From Amphiscolops sp. MND2022 (taxonomy: Eukaryota), in contig OZ076409.1 of assembly GCA_964187785.1 (NCBI GenBank), forward strand, positions 76,818,001 through 76,882,000: DNA of 64,000 bases. The letters run 5' to 3'. This document shows, in pieces, positions 47,106-57,200 of the stretch (the stretch's first letter is position 1; every line of letters begins with the position of its first letter). The translations under genes and the position numbers were made by a program. The notes under the pieces are model-generated. The model had not been told where the DNA came from. It ran no database searches and saw only the letters and a list, made by a program, of their open reading frames with translations.

Positions 47106-47815
47106 CCCTGGTTGAGAATAAATGCATACCTTGCAATGATCTTGCAAGATCCTTGCAAAAAACACTAATCACGAGATTTCGAAAGCAAATTTTTTTCTTG
47201 CAAGATCTTACAAGGAAATGTTTCCCTTGCAAGATTCTTGACTAAAATGTACTTCTTATTGAGAAATTTTGTTAACGTAGTTGTGATTTGAGTATAATGT
47301 CAAAAACATTAATAACTATTATTCCAAAAGGGCAATTTAACAAATTGATATATAGTTTCAGTCAATAAGCTACGCACTGCCTAACTTTAGAACATTAACC
47401 GGTACATAACACTATTGATCTGAAAAAAATTTCAAAATACTTTGAAACTGTATTTTAAATGTTCTGTCACTGAAATGTCTCATTACTATTTTAATAACCA
47501 CTAGGATCACACATTTAGAGATATTTTCTAGAGTTTGCATCTTTTTGGTAGTTGAATCCTCCAGTAAGTAAACGCAGTTTGTGACAGCAGTCTGATGGTC
47601 ACGATGCAGTAGTCAACTTGTAGTCATAAACAATGAATATAAAAAATGAAAAATTTTATGTCAAGAACCTTTCACGAAATTTTCCTCCTTGAAAGAAACT
47701 TGCAAGGAAATTTTTTTCCTTGCAAGATGTCTTGCAGAAAAATGCAATAACTTGCAAGATCTTGCAAGAAAATCTTGCAAGATCCTTGCAAGGAATGCAT
47801 TTTTTCCAACCAGGG
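47106..47815. mobile_element. Non-autonomous CCC...GGG DNA transposon (710 bp)
   Basis: TIRs CCCTGGTTG..AAATGCAT / ATGCATTT..CAACCAGGG, TC on both flanks, and TCTTGCAAGA arrays. Confidence 0.85.
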
Positions 47816-49182
47816 TCTTTATTCCAAATTTGTCGTCCAGCTATTCAGAAGGTTTACTTTCTGATGTTGAGTTTTTCTCCTGGAACAGAGTTGGTATGCC
47901 TTTATGGCTGTAAATGCCTTCTAAAAAATTACGGAAGTTGTGAGTTCTACTCTTGTGACAGCGAATATGTTTATGTTCTTTGCACATTCTATTTAGGAAC
48001 TTTCACATTCCATTTTTATCATTTTTCAGATTCCACGGATTTCAACGGATCATTTTTTTCGCAGTAGTTATTGTTTTAGTTGACGAGACAAACTTCGGTC
48101 GCAATGCCCGGATTTGGTCAAAATGGTTTTCTTTTTCCTACAAATTTTTTCCTTTAGAAATGAGTTCATTCTAATTTTTTTCAGCAATCTGATTGTTTGG
48201 ACTTTTTCTGGATATGTTATTTCAAGTCTTGGTTTTCGGATTCGTTTTTGAATCGAACTTTATTTGCTTAACGTTATCACTCCTCGCAAACCATAGCTTT
48301 TTTACCCAGAGGATTGGTGTCTTTCGCTGTTATTGGTAATTCCACTTATTCCACTTGGAGTTATTCTTTTCGTTGCAACATTCCTTCTTCCGGTAGACAT
48401 TTCTGCCCAAAATGTAGCTTTCGCAGCTGAAGGATCAATATATGTTTCTGATATGGAATATGGGAAGAAATGAAAACAATGAAAACGAAAACCAGTTGAA
48501 AACAACATGATATCGCTTCTGTACATTGTCTGTTGTTCAACTCTTGTGAAACTAGCTTTAATTTCAATGTAGTACACCCGGGTTTACAGGCTGTGGCTTT
48601 TCATTTATGATTCATGAGTTTGCCATGCCGAGAATTATTCCATCATGGCAAGGTGTCCATGGTTCATGGATGAAAAGCCATGATGGCATGGATGATCATA
48701 GATGAAAGCGCATAAAGTTAACCATAAACAGTCCTAAACCTTCGATTTTTTTTGCATTCGTGATGTCCTTATATTCAACAAAAATAGAGAATTGACAATG
48801 AACTGAATTAAGTAATTCCATGTCTGAAAAAGCCGATATGTCGGTTGTACCAAACTTTTTAAAAAATATATAATCAAAACGTTATGAATCTGGTTCAGCA
48901 AGTTGACTTTAAAACACCTTTTCAACGTTTCACAGATTTTTTTATTTCTGTAGAAAAGTTCTACAGGCATGAAAATTAGGACGCATTGTATTCCTTTTCT
49001 CCGCGCGCGTCGCGGCAGCGGCATTGTATTATTTAGTCACAAAGCGTAGCACAGTACTTGCATAAAGCACGTGACGAATACCGAGCATAAAAGTTGAACA
49101 ATATATGAATACAATCACAGCATACTCACAGAGGACGACTTAAAATTAATAAAAGGAACATACTAACGATCGGCAACGTATA

Positions 49183-50034
49183 CTATTTTTCCTTCAATCC
49201 CCTAACCGCCATACAATGATATTCCCCTCGCGACTCCAGATATCTACAAGCTAAATAGATACTCCCGTGTGTAGGTCCTTTATGACAGCCGCGGTACACA
49301 ATCCACTCGCGTGACTGCTCGAAGTATTCGTAGATCGTGACTCCAAGCTCGCGAGCGATGACGCGTGTGTCGGTCCGTGAGATGAAGTATGTGTCCCCAG
49401 GACCGTCGGTGGGAAGTTCGTCCGCGTATTCATCGTACATGTAAGCAAAGCGGCCCTTTCTAATCTTCCGCACCCAGTCCTGAATGGCCACCGCAGCTTT
49501 GATACTCCCGGTCAAAATAACGCTTAAAGTAGTGCAGACACAATTATGAGGACTCGGGCAATTAACTAATTTCGGTCTAAATTTTGAAGCATCAATTTCC
49601 TCGTGATTGCTCGTTTTAAAATGCTTCACCCATTTGATGCCGATCTTTCTGCATAAAAATTTTCTCTTCTTTTTGGAACAATGAACCATAGGACCACTCC
49701 GTCGAACGGCGATACGGGAGTCAGCGCAAAAGGAACAATTAGCTACAATGTCTGCACATGCAAGTCTCAAATAAGGAACGATAAAAATATCACGGGCACG
49801 AAGGTAAAGATCATTTGCAGGGGGGTGGCTCTCTCTTTCATGTAAACTCCGTAAGTGATCCTCGATCTCATCAGAGAGTAAAATGCGGCGGCCCCCACAA
49901 AATAATCGCCCGTCAATAAATTGGCACTGCTTAGCTTTCCGTCTGAGGGATCTTCGGTCATTCAGGGAAAATGTAGGCGGGAAAGTTTTTGAAGTAAAAT
50001 ACAAAACGAACGCCAAGAAGAGTTCTTTATCCAT
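49183..50034 (-). CDS. Antisense ORF inside the LTR: integrase/GIN1-type HHCC zinc finger fused to an OTU-like cysteine-protease domain
   Basis: 283 aa from ATG at 50034. N-half DRRSLRRKAKQCQFIDGRLF..RRILL..E....L..LH....H...CSFC. C-half LCRKIGI...PHNCVCTTLSVILTGS...IARELGVTIY..Y....W..Y...IYL...HCMAV. Confidence 0.65.
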   Translation of the reverse strand: MDKELFLAFVLYFTSKTFPPTFSLNDRRSLRRKAKQCQFIDGRLFCGGRRILLSDEIEDHLRSLHERESHPPANDLYLRARDIFIVPYLRLACADIVANCSFCADSRIAVRRSGPMVHCSKKKRKFLCRKIGIKWVKHFKTSNHEEIDASKFRPKLVNCPSPHNCVCTTLSVILTGSIKAAVAIQDWVRKIRKGRFAYMYDEYADELPTDGPGDTYFISRTDTRVIARELGVTIYEYFEQSREWIVYRGCHKGPTHGSIYLACRYLESRGEYHCMAVRGLKEK

Positions 50035-50046
50035 GATGCAAGTTTT

Positions 50047-50228
50047 CACGTGAAATAGATATCAATTGTTTGTTGTAAGGTGAATGGAATAAACTGACTG
50101 CGTACGCACGTGAGTTGCGCACTATGCTAGCGCTCGCTACGGAAAGGCCGCTACAACGCTGCGGGGGGGATTATTACGTCATCAATACAGGGAACCTGCT
50201 CCGCTAGCCGCAGCAACTTGTGACGTCA
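50047..50228. promoter_or_regulatory. CRE/E-box cluster upstream of the antisense ORF
   Basis: CACGTG (50047-50052, 50107-50112), TTACGTCA (50174-50181) and TGACGTCA (50221-50228). Confidence 0.4.
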
Positions 50229-50272
50229 CAGCAGAGGGAAAATAGGACATCAGATTTTAGTATTTTTGGGAC

Positions 50273-50612
50273 CTGACCACTTTTTTCCTCGCTAGCCCTT
50301 TTACCTTAAAAATGGTCGGATTTAGATGAAATTTGGCACGAATATAATAGAGGTCATGTGCAAACTACATGCAAAATTTCAGCTTGCTACGATTACCGCA
50401 ACCCTAGTTTTTTCAACTCGGAAGTGGGCTATGTCAAAAAGGTTCTCTGCAACCCGACCACTTTTTTCCGCGCTAGCACTCTTACCTGAAAACTTGTCCG
50501 ATTTGGATCAAAATTTGCACAATTATACTACTGATCAATGACTACCTACATGCAAAAATCCAGATTGCTAAAACCACTCCGAACCCCCGTTTTCGAACCC
50601 GGAAGTGGGTGA
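50273..50612 (+). repeat. Diverged ~181-bp tandem duplication within the LTR of element 2
   Basis: Units start GACCACTTTTTTCC.CGCTAGC (~50273, ~50454) and both end near GGAAGTGGG. Confidence 0.75.
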
Positions 50613-52377
50613 ATTGACAACAACCGGAAGTTCTAGAAATAACCCTTAAACCAAGTTCCAGGGCGCACCATTATCGCCCAAACGGAATGTAAACGTCTCT
50701 CAACTAAGTATGGGTCATTTCTAAATAGTTTTTTGGTCGTTTGACCCTAAATAAGCTCAAACTATCGAAAATCCGGATACCCTAAAACCCAAAACTAAAA
50801 AAAAATCATCCAAACTTGGTTAATTCAACAAGGGGGGCATCATGAAGCTTATTTTTACCACCCTATTAGTTGTTGGGGCATTGGAAATGTCCGGGGAGAT
50901 CCAAATTGATCCTGGAAACGGGAATCGGTATATTCGAGATTCGAGAAAATAACCCTAACCCTAAATTTGGAAATGACCCATATGGCCGTTGCAAATAGTG
51001 GTGTTGTATATCGATCGAAACGGCGTCGTGTCACGAGGCCAATTAAAGTGCCCATTTTTCAAATTTCAACCAATTTGAACCATTTCGCCTTTTCTAGGGT
51101 TTTTCATGAGAAAATCGGGTTCTACATATATTGAGACTAGTGATCGGATTTTTTTTCAAACTTCGAATGACCTAAAATAGCATGATGCTTATATCAGCGC
51201 GACTACGAAATTCTCCAAGCAGCGTTACGCGAAACCTCATTAATTATGCAGAGCGCATTACGCTCCGCCAGCTGCAGATAGAGTATTAGCAAAGCAAGTC
51301 CCTTTTCAGTGCGGCGAATGCTCTTTCAAGTGGAACACTTTTGTTTATTGCAATTATATAGCCTCGAGGAACAATTTATCTATTGCTTCTGTATTGAGCA
51401 TATTTAATGACGTTGAGCTATTGAACAACGGCGGGAAGCTGACAGCTTTATTGAAATAATAGACTGCGAGGCGCCGAGGCGACTCTGCCAGCTGCACTAA
51501 TGAGGCCGCGTGTGTTCTTTACTGTTCCACTTGAAAGCGCAAGCGTTAAGATGAAAAATAGATTAAATACGATAACAAACATAATATCTAATAAAGCCGA
51601 GCAGTTCATGCTGATCCAGATAAGCGAAAACCGAAGAAAATAATACAAATTTTGCAGAGGAGGAAAAACAAAAAAAAACCGACGCCCCCGGACGCAATAA
51701 AATAAATAAAACGAAACCGGCTCGTCGGAAACGAAAGAGGAGAGGAGAGACAGACCGTGTAGAGAATAGTTGTGTGCTCAGAGAAGAGAAAATAGTGAAA
51801 AAAAGAAAAACATTGAGAATCCGGGCCCCTCATACAGAAAATAACACATACATTTTTTGCCTGATTGTCTAATTAGTGAGCTGAGAAACACGTTGAACCC
51901 AACCCCATTCAATTAACGTTGTTTGTATTGATTACCCGGTGCCGCTCGTACGTACCTGTATCTATTTGGAAGCATTTTGTGTTTGTGTGTTCGAGTAGTT
52001 TCTTTCCATATTTCTCACCCGTATCTATTTGAAGCACTATTGTTATTCGTGGGTGCACTGTGTTTAAATATAAAGAAACCCCGCTTATTTGAAGTCTTGT
52101 TTGCTGAATATTCCCGCTATTCAGGGAAAAGTAGTGTTTTCTTTCGCTTTTCGAAAAGAATAATTGATTGTTGTGTGGCGTTCTTTTGCCAAACAAGAGC
52201 CGAGGCCCTGATAGAGACAGGTCAAACTCAGAAAAAAGGGAAAAACTGATTGAACGTTGAATAACTGGAACCTTTTCTGCCCGTTGCGGCCTGCTACTTT
52301 TCGGTATAAAAAACTCTTGTGGAACACCTAGCTCTCGATTCGCCTCGTCGAGAGTGTCGCGACTCAAATAGGTGTTG

Positions 52378-52659
52378 ATGGTCGGTCGCAGTCACAAAAA
52401 AAAGAGCCGGGCCGACAACTTTTCTACAGTGGCGCTCCTGGGTGGGCCACCAACGCAGCAGCAACCAGTTATTAGCGTCATTATTTCTCAACTTTCCGAG
52501 ATAGTTTGTGAGCTTGTTATACTTGTTTTGTTAGTTACTTTTCTGATAACGATTACGATTGCTTTTACCGCCTGGAACAGTGTTAGAGATTCCATTGAAT
52601 TCCCGTTTAGATCATTCAATTCTACCCTAGTTTACCCGAGTTTTGGATTTATCCATTGA
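52378..52659 (+). CDS. Leader uORF of element 2: 93-aa basic N-terminus plus single hydrophobic helix
   Basis: ATG at 52378, HKKKSR, IVCELVILVLLVTFLITITIAFTAW, and an NST sequon. It spans the LTR end and the PBS. Confidence 0.35.
   Translation: MVGRSHKKKSRADNFSTVALLGGPPTQQQPVISVIISQLSEIVCELVILVLLVTFLITITIAFTAWNSVRDSIEFPFRSFNSTLVYPSFGFIH
52430..52447 (+). promoter_or_regulatory. Primer-binding site of element 2 (primer tRNA not assignable)
   Basis: TGGCGCTCCTGGGTGGGC lies 1 nt after the LTR-terminal CA. Confidence 0.7.
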
Positions 52660-52878
52660 AATTGGATCCCGAAGACGTCTATTTTGAATTTGCATTTCCT
52701 TGCTTGGGAATTGTTTATTGCCCGTTAACGATTGGATCAGCCATCATTCTTTTGTGGTTTGCTTACTTGAGATTTGTTATCTGGCTCATTCTTGAACTGC
52801 CTTACGACCGGGAGACAATTGCTTTCGTTATCGACGTTATTGGTCCAGAGTTAGCAGACAGCTGAGCAGAGCAACGAG

Positions 52879-54219
52879 ATGTCACTCGATCAACGCACCC
52901 CGAAGTCGGTGTGGGACGACGAGTCTGACCACGAGCAGTCCGGAAGTCAAAGTCATGGCCTCCTGCAAGAAGCATCCTCGAGACAAAATCAATCTGGCAG
53001 CAATGCGAGCAGCCCGTCGAAGGATGCTGAGCTGGAGCAACTACGCAGTCAAGTGAAGGACCTTTCCGTTGCTATGGAAGGTTTGCAGAAAGGAAAGCGG
53101 AGGCTAAATTTCGCTACTAGATCGTCCGGTGTGAGTCCAAGTCAGCGCCCACCGACTGCAGAACGAGAACCCCAAGTGCTGCTGGCCTTGCATCCTGAAC
53201 GATTCCCCTCAAAGGACTACCCCAGCTGGCGAATGTGGCAGCAGCACTTCCGCAGCGTGTGTCGCGCCAACGGTTGGAGTGATGCGAAAAGCCTGCAGGT
53301 CCTAGCAGCTAGTTTGAGTGGCTGGGCTACTGATGAATTCCACTCTGCACCTGAGAGATGCCAGAATGATCTCGCTGAGATGTTGCAATTTCTGAAAGGC
53401 CGCTTGTCACCTTATCGGAATGAACGCACCTCACGGGGCGAGTTCAAAAACTTGTATCAAGGGGCCGAGGAGACATTGAGCGAATTCGCCCGCAAGATTC
53501 GGAATGTGGGGAATCGCGCTTATCCCGAGGTGCCAGTGAACCAAAGAGATCAGTTTCTACGCGAGCAGTTCATTGAAGGCTTGTACGACATGGACGTACA
53601 AGTAGAGTTGTTGAAGGAACCCGAACAGGACTTTTTGGAGACCTTGACACGTGCCCAACAGCTTGACTCAATCCGCCGAACCGCGCGAAACAACCCAAGA
53701 CGCCGAACGCGAGGTCACGTTCGGTTCGTCGCAGGAGACGAAACCCAAGAAGAGAGCTGCCACCGACTGCCAGAGAAAAGCAATGCCGTTGCTAGATCCC
53801 CGACACCCCCTGGTGGGAAGAGCCTGGCCTCTGAGGTTCCCATTGGTGAGATCTTGGCGGCAATTCAGACGACGCTTGAGTTGCAGCATAAGCCAACTAC
53901 TTACAACCAGTCGCTGATGGAGAAAACCAACACGAGGCTGGACAGGCTGACCGAGCACACCGTGAATAACAACGAAAAACTGACTTCAGCGATCGAAACT
54001 CTAACCGATGCTATCAAGACGCTGACAACCCAGTCGACGAAGCAACTATACGATCCAAACAAAGATCGCGGGAGATACGGATGGAAAGGAAATGACGTGT
54101 CCCCAGCGCGAGACCGCCCTCCACTTAATATGGCGACAGTCGATTGTTATCAATGCCACCAAAAGGGACATTTTGCTCGGGACTGTCCCAATCAGCAGCA
54201 GAGTGGTCATTTAAACTAG
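52879..54219 (+). CDS. gag: Gag of element 2 (capsid plus one CCHC knuckle)
   Basis: W..HF..VCRANGW...L...L.G.A...F capsid pattern, QGAEETLSEFARKIR, EQFIEGL, CYQCHQKGHFARDC, ending HLN*. Confidence 0.95.
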   Translation: MSLDQRTPKSVWDDESDHEQSGSQSHGLLQEASSRQNQSGSNASSPSKDAELEQLRSQVKDLSVAMEGLQKGKRRLNFATRSSGVSPSQRPPTAEREPQVLLALHPERFPSKDYPSWRMWQQHFRSVCRANGWSDAKSLQVLAASLSGWATDEFHSAPERCQNDLAEMLQFLKGRLSPYRNERTSRGEFKNLYQGAEETLSEFARKIRNVGNRAYPEVPVNQRDQFLREQFIEGLYDMDVQVELLKEPEQDFLETLTRAQQLDSIRRTARNNPRRRTRGHVRFVAGDETQEESCHRLPEKSNAVARSPTPPGGKSLASEVPIGEILAAIQTTLELQHKPTTYNQSLMEKTNTRLDRLTEHTVNNNEKLTSAIETLTDAIKTLTTQSTKQLYDPNKDRGRYGWKGNDVSPARDRPPLNMATVDCYQCHQKGHFARDCPNQQQSGHLN

Positions 54220-57200
54220 TCAGGGCTGAGCAAAGCTCGGGGGTGCCAACCTCAGCCCAGCAAAAATCAGATTGCAATCCAACCCCTGCGACAACCAGCA
54301 CCCAGCCCCCATGCAGCGATTTCCCCAATGCCACCCCGACAATCCTGTCAAAGCAGAGCGGCAGACCAATTGTGTTCGAAAAAGCTGCTGCTCCTGAACG
54401 CGAAGAAATCGAACAGCGGTTGTGCACCCAGATTGAGGTGAAAATTCCTCAAGGGCCCAGTTTGTGGGTGCCACTGATGGTCGAGAACGAAAAGAAATGG
54501 TCCCTCATTGACACAGGTGCCAGCTCGAACTTGTTGTGCAAGAAATTACAAGAACAAGTAGGGGGCACCCTTGAGCCCTACGGTGGAGTCGTCGTCGATC
54601 CAAAAGGCGAACCCTTACCCATCATTGGAGTCACCCGAGTACGACTGAATGTGGCAGGTCTGGTGACAACTGAGAAGTTCTTAGTCATGGATGGTCTCAA
54701 CCCCGACGTTACTGTTGGACTGCGGTTCCTGCTGGAGAAAGGCTGTCAACTAGACTGGCAGCACTGCTGTCTCTGGCTAGAAGGCGGTAAACGAAGGGCA
54801 CCCATGACAGTAGCAGGCCCCCTAATGCCAAATGACCCGGACCCGATCCTGACACTTTACGCCACGTCCAACCCAACGTCCCCGACGGTGAAATACCAAC
54901 CAAACCAGCCCCAGTCAGCTTCCCCCGAGCCGGTGCTCGGCACAACTGAAGCTGGAAATGAGAACCCATCCTGCATCGAGGGAACACCAGTTTCAGTTGG
55001 CAATCCGCCTCAAGATGCAGAAGACTTCCGAGGCAGTTTCATTAGTGAAACAGGGTTCCGGAAGCAAAGGGAGATACCCTGGTCAGATGTCAGGGACGGA
55101 AAGGTCAGATTCCGAGGCAGAGCCAAAAGCGTCGTTTCTGCGAGGCGATGGGCATCCACCGTACGGTCTGTATCACCGAAAGGGACCCAGCGACGATCCT
55201 CGATTCCTCTTTGTTTCCGATTGCCTGAGACTTTCGAGAGCTCGTCCACTGCAGACATGGAAGCCCAACAGACGCAACTGGCAGCAGACGTGGAGACAAT
55301 TTTGCAATTGACTGCCCCTGATGCGGACGAAAGTATGAGGCAGCGTCTCAGGCCTCTGATCGAAGAGTTTCGCGATGTATTCGCCCTGACTGACGAGGAG
55401 CTGGGCTCAACGAATCTAACAACCCACCGCATCGACACTGGAGATGCACTGCCCATCAAACGACCCCCTCATCGAATGGCTCCCGGCAAAATTCCAGAAA
55501 TGAAGGCGGAGGTTCAAGACATGCTGAAGCGGGGAATCATCAGACCCTCTAAAAGCCCTTACAGTTCGCCCATCGTGATTGTGAAGAAGAAAGATGGAGC
55601 CAACCGATTCTGCGTCGATTACAGAAAACTCAACGAGATCACGCGGAAGGATGCTTTTCCAATACCGCGGATTGAACAGACACTCGACGCTTTGGAAGGT
55701 TCCAGCTTTTTCTCCACTCTGGATTTAGCCTCAGGCTATTGGCAGGTCCCAGTAGCGACAGAAGACATCCCAAAAACAGCTTTCGTCACCCCAGATGGCG
55801 GTCTGTACGAGTATGTGAGGATGCCCTTTGGGTTGTGCAATGCTCCAGCTACATTCCAACGCCTGATGAACGAAATCTACGGCGACGCATTGTACAAATT
55901 CGTGATAGTGTTCCTTGACGATGTTTTGGTGTACAGCAAAACAGAAGACAGTCACTTCGAACAGTTGCGGGAAACCTTCACAAGGTTGCGGAAAGCTAAT
56001 CTGAAACTGAAACCCAAGAAGTGCAACCTCTTCCAGAGAAAAGTGGGCTACCTCGGGCATGTCATTGATCAAGCTGGCTCACGACCGGACCCTGGGAAAC
56101 TGGACGCACTGCGAACGTGGCCCCAGCCTAATACAGTCACTGGTGTCCGGTCGTTCCTCGGGTTTTGCAGTTATTACCGCAAATTCATCAAGGGATTCGC
56201 AGAAATCGCTAGACCCCTGCACGAACTGACGAGGAAGGGATTGAAATTCACGTGGCTGCCAGAACACACCGCGGCCTTCAATGAGCTGAAAGATCGCCTT
56301 TTAAAGGAACCCACACTCAATTTTCCTGACTTCAACCAGCCCTTTGTCATTGACACAGACGCAAGCGACAACAACCTTGGCGCAGTGCTGTCCAATGTGG
56401 TAAATGGAGAAGAGCGCCCCTTGGCATACATAAGTAGGGTTCTCTCAAAAACAGAAACCATGTATTCCACCACAAAACGCGAAGCCTTGGCCGTAGTACA
56501 GGCACTGAAGTGGTTCAGATCATACATCCTTGGCCTCAAAGTGATCATACGCACGGACCACGCCAGCCTCAGATGGATGTTCCGTCAGAACGCAGACGGG
56601 ATGACTTTCAGAATGGTCCAGAAGCTCCAAGAGTATGATTACACGATTGTACACAGGCCAGGAGCGAAACATGGGAACGCAGACGGACTGTCCCGACGCG
56701 AAGACCCGAAGGAGAATTGGAAAGAAGGCGAGCTTGAAGCCCTTTTGGGTCACTGTCCCGAGCCGACGACATACGAAGAAGCCCTGGAGGAAGTTCGCGA
56801 CTTCCTCAAAGTGGTCAAGGAGCTGCAGGATGCCCGATCACTTGACTCACCCCATGAGCCCCCCGAAGAACCCGACAGCGGAGCATGCAGAACAATTCAA
56901 GCTTCGAGTTTCAAAGTCGACCCAGTCATGGAATTGGACGACTGGTTCTACGATTCCGGTCGGTCGATGGTGCAATGTGTCACAGCGGACTTTCGGCTGA
57001 TCACAGTTCATCCAAGTGACCCTGTTCACGATCCCTTCCTAGAAACCCTAATCCAAGGACTGAAGCGTCAACCCATGCCTGGGGACACACTGGCTGTACG
57101 TGACATGGAATCGCCCCGCTGGCGGTTCTACATGATCACCAAGAAGTTTGCCTGGGAGAAAACCAGTTTTCGAACTCTGCGGGAGTGCCTCTCCCAGCTA

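Larger units (their letters stand above)
48949..52428 (+). repeat. 5' LTR of element 2 (predicted 3480 bp)
   Basis: TG...CA ends with a perfect 12-bp inverted repeat (TGTAGAAAAGTT / AACTTTTCTACA), followed after 1 nt by TGGCGC. The first 305 bp match 63696-64000 with one substitution seen. TATATA near 51356 and an AATAAA cluster at 51696-51710. Confidence 0.85.

Noticed and set aside
48296-48473. Short plus-strand hydrophobic frame (LLLVIPLIPLGVILFVATFLLP)
   Set aside because: No ATG and no clear splice pair. T-rich composition can explain it.
52656-52865. Second hydrophobic leader ORF in element 2
   Set aside because: TTG start only, with no slippery site or acceptor linking it to an ATG.
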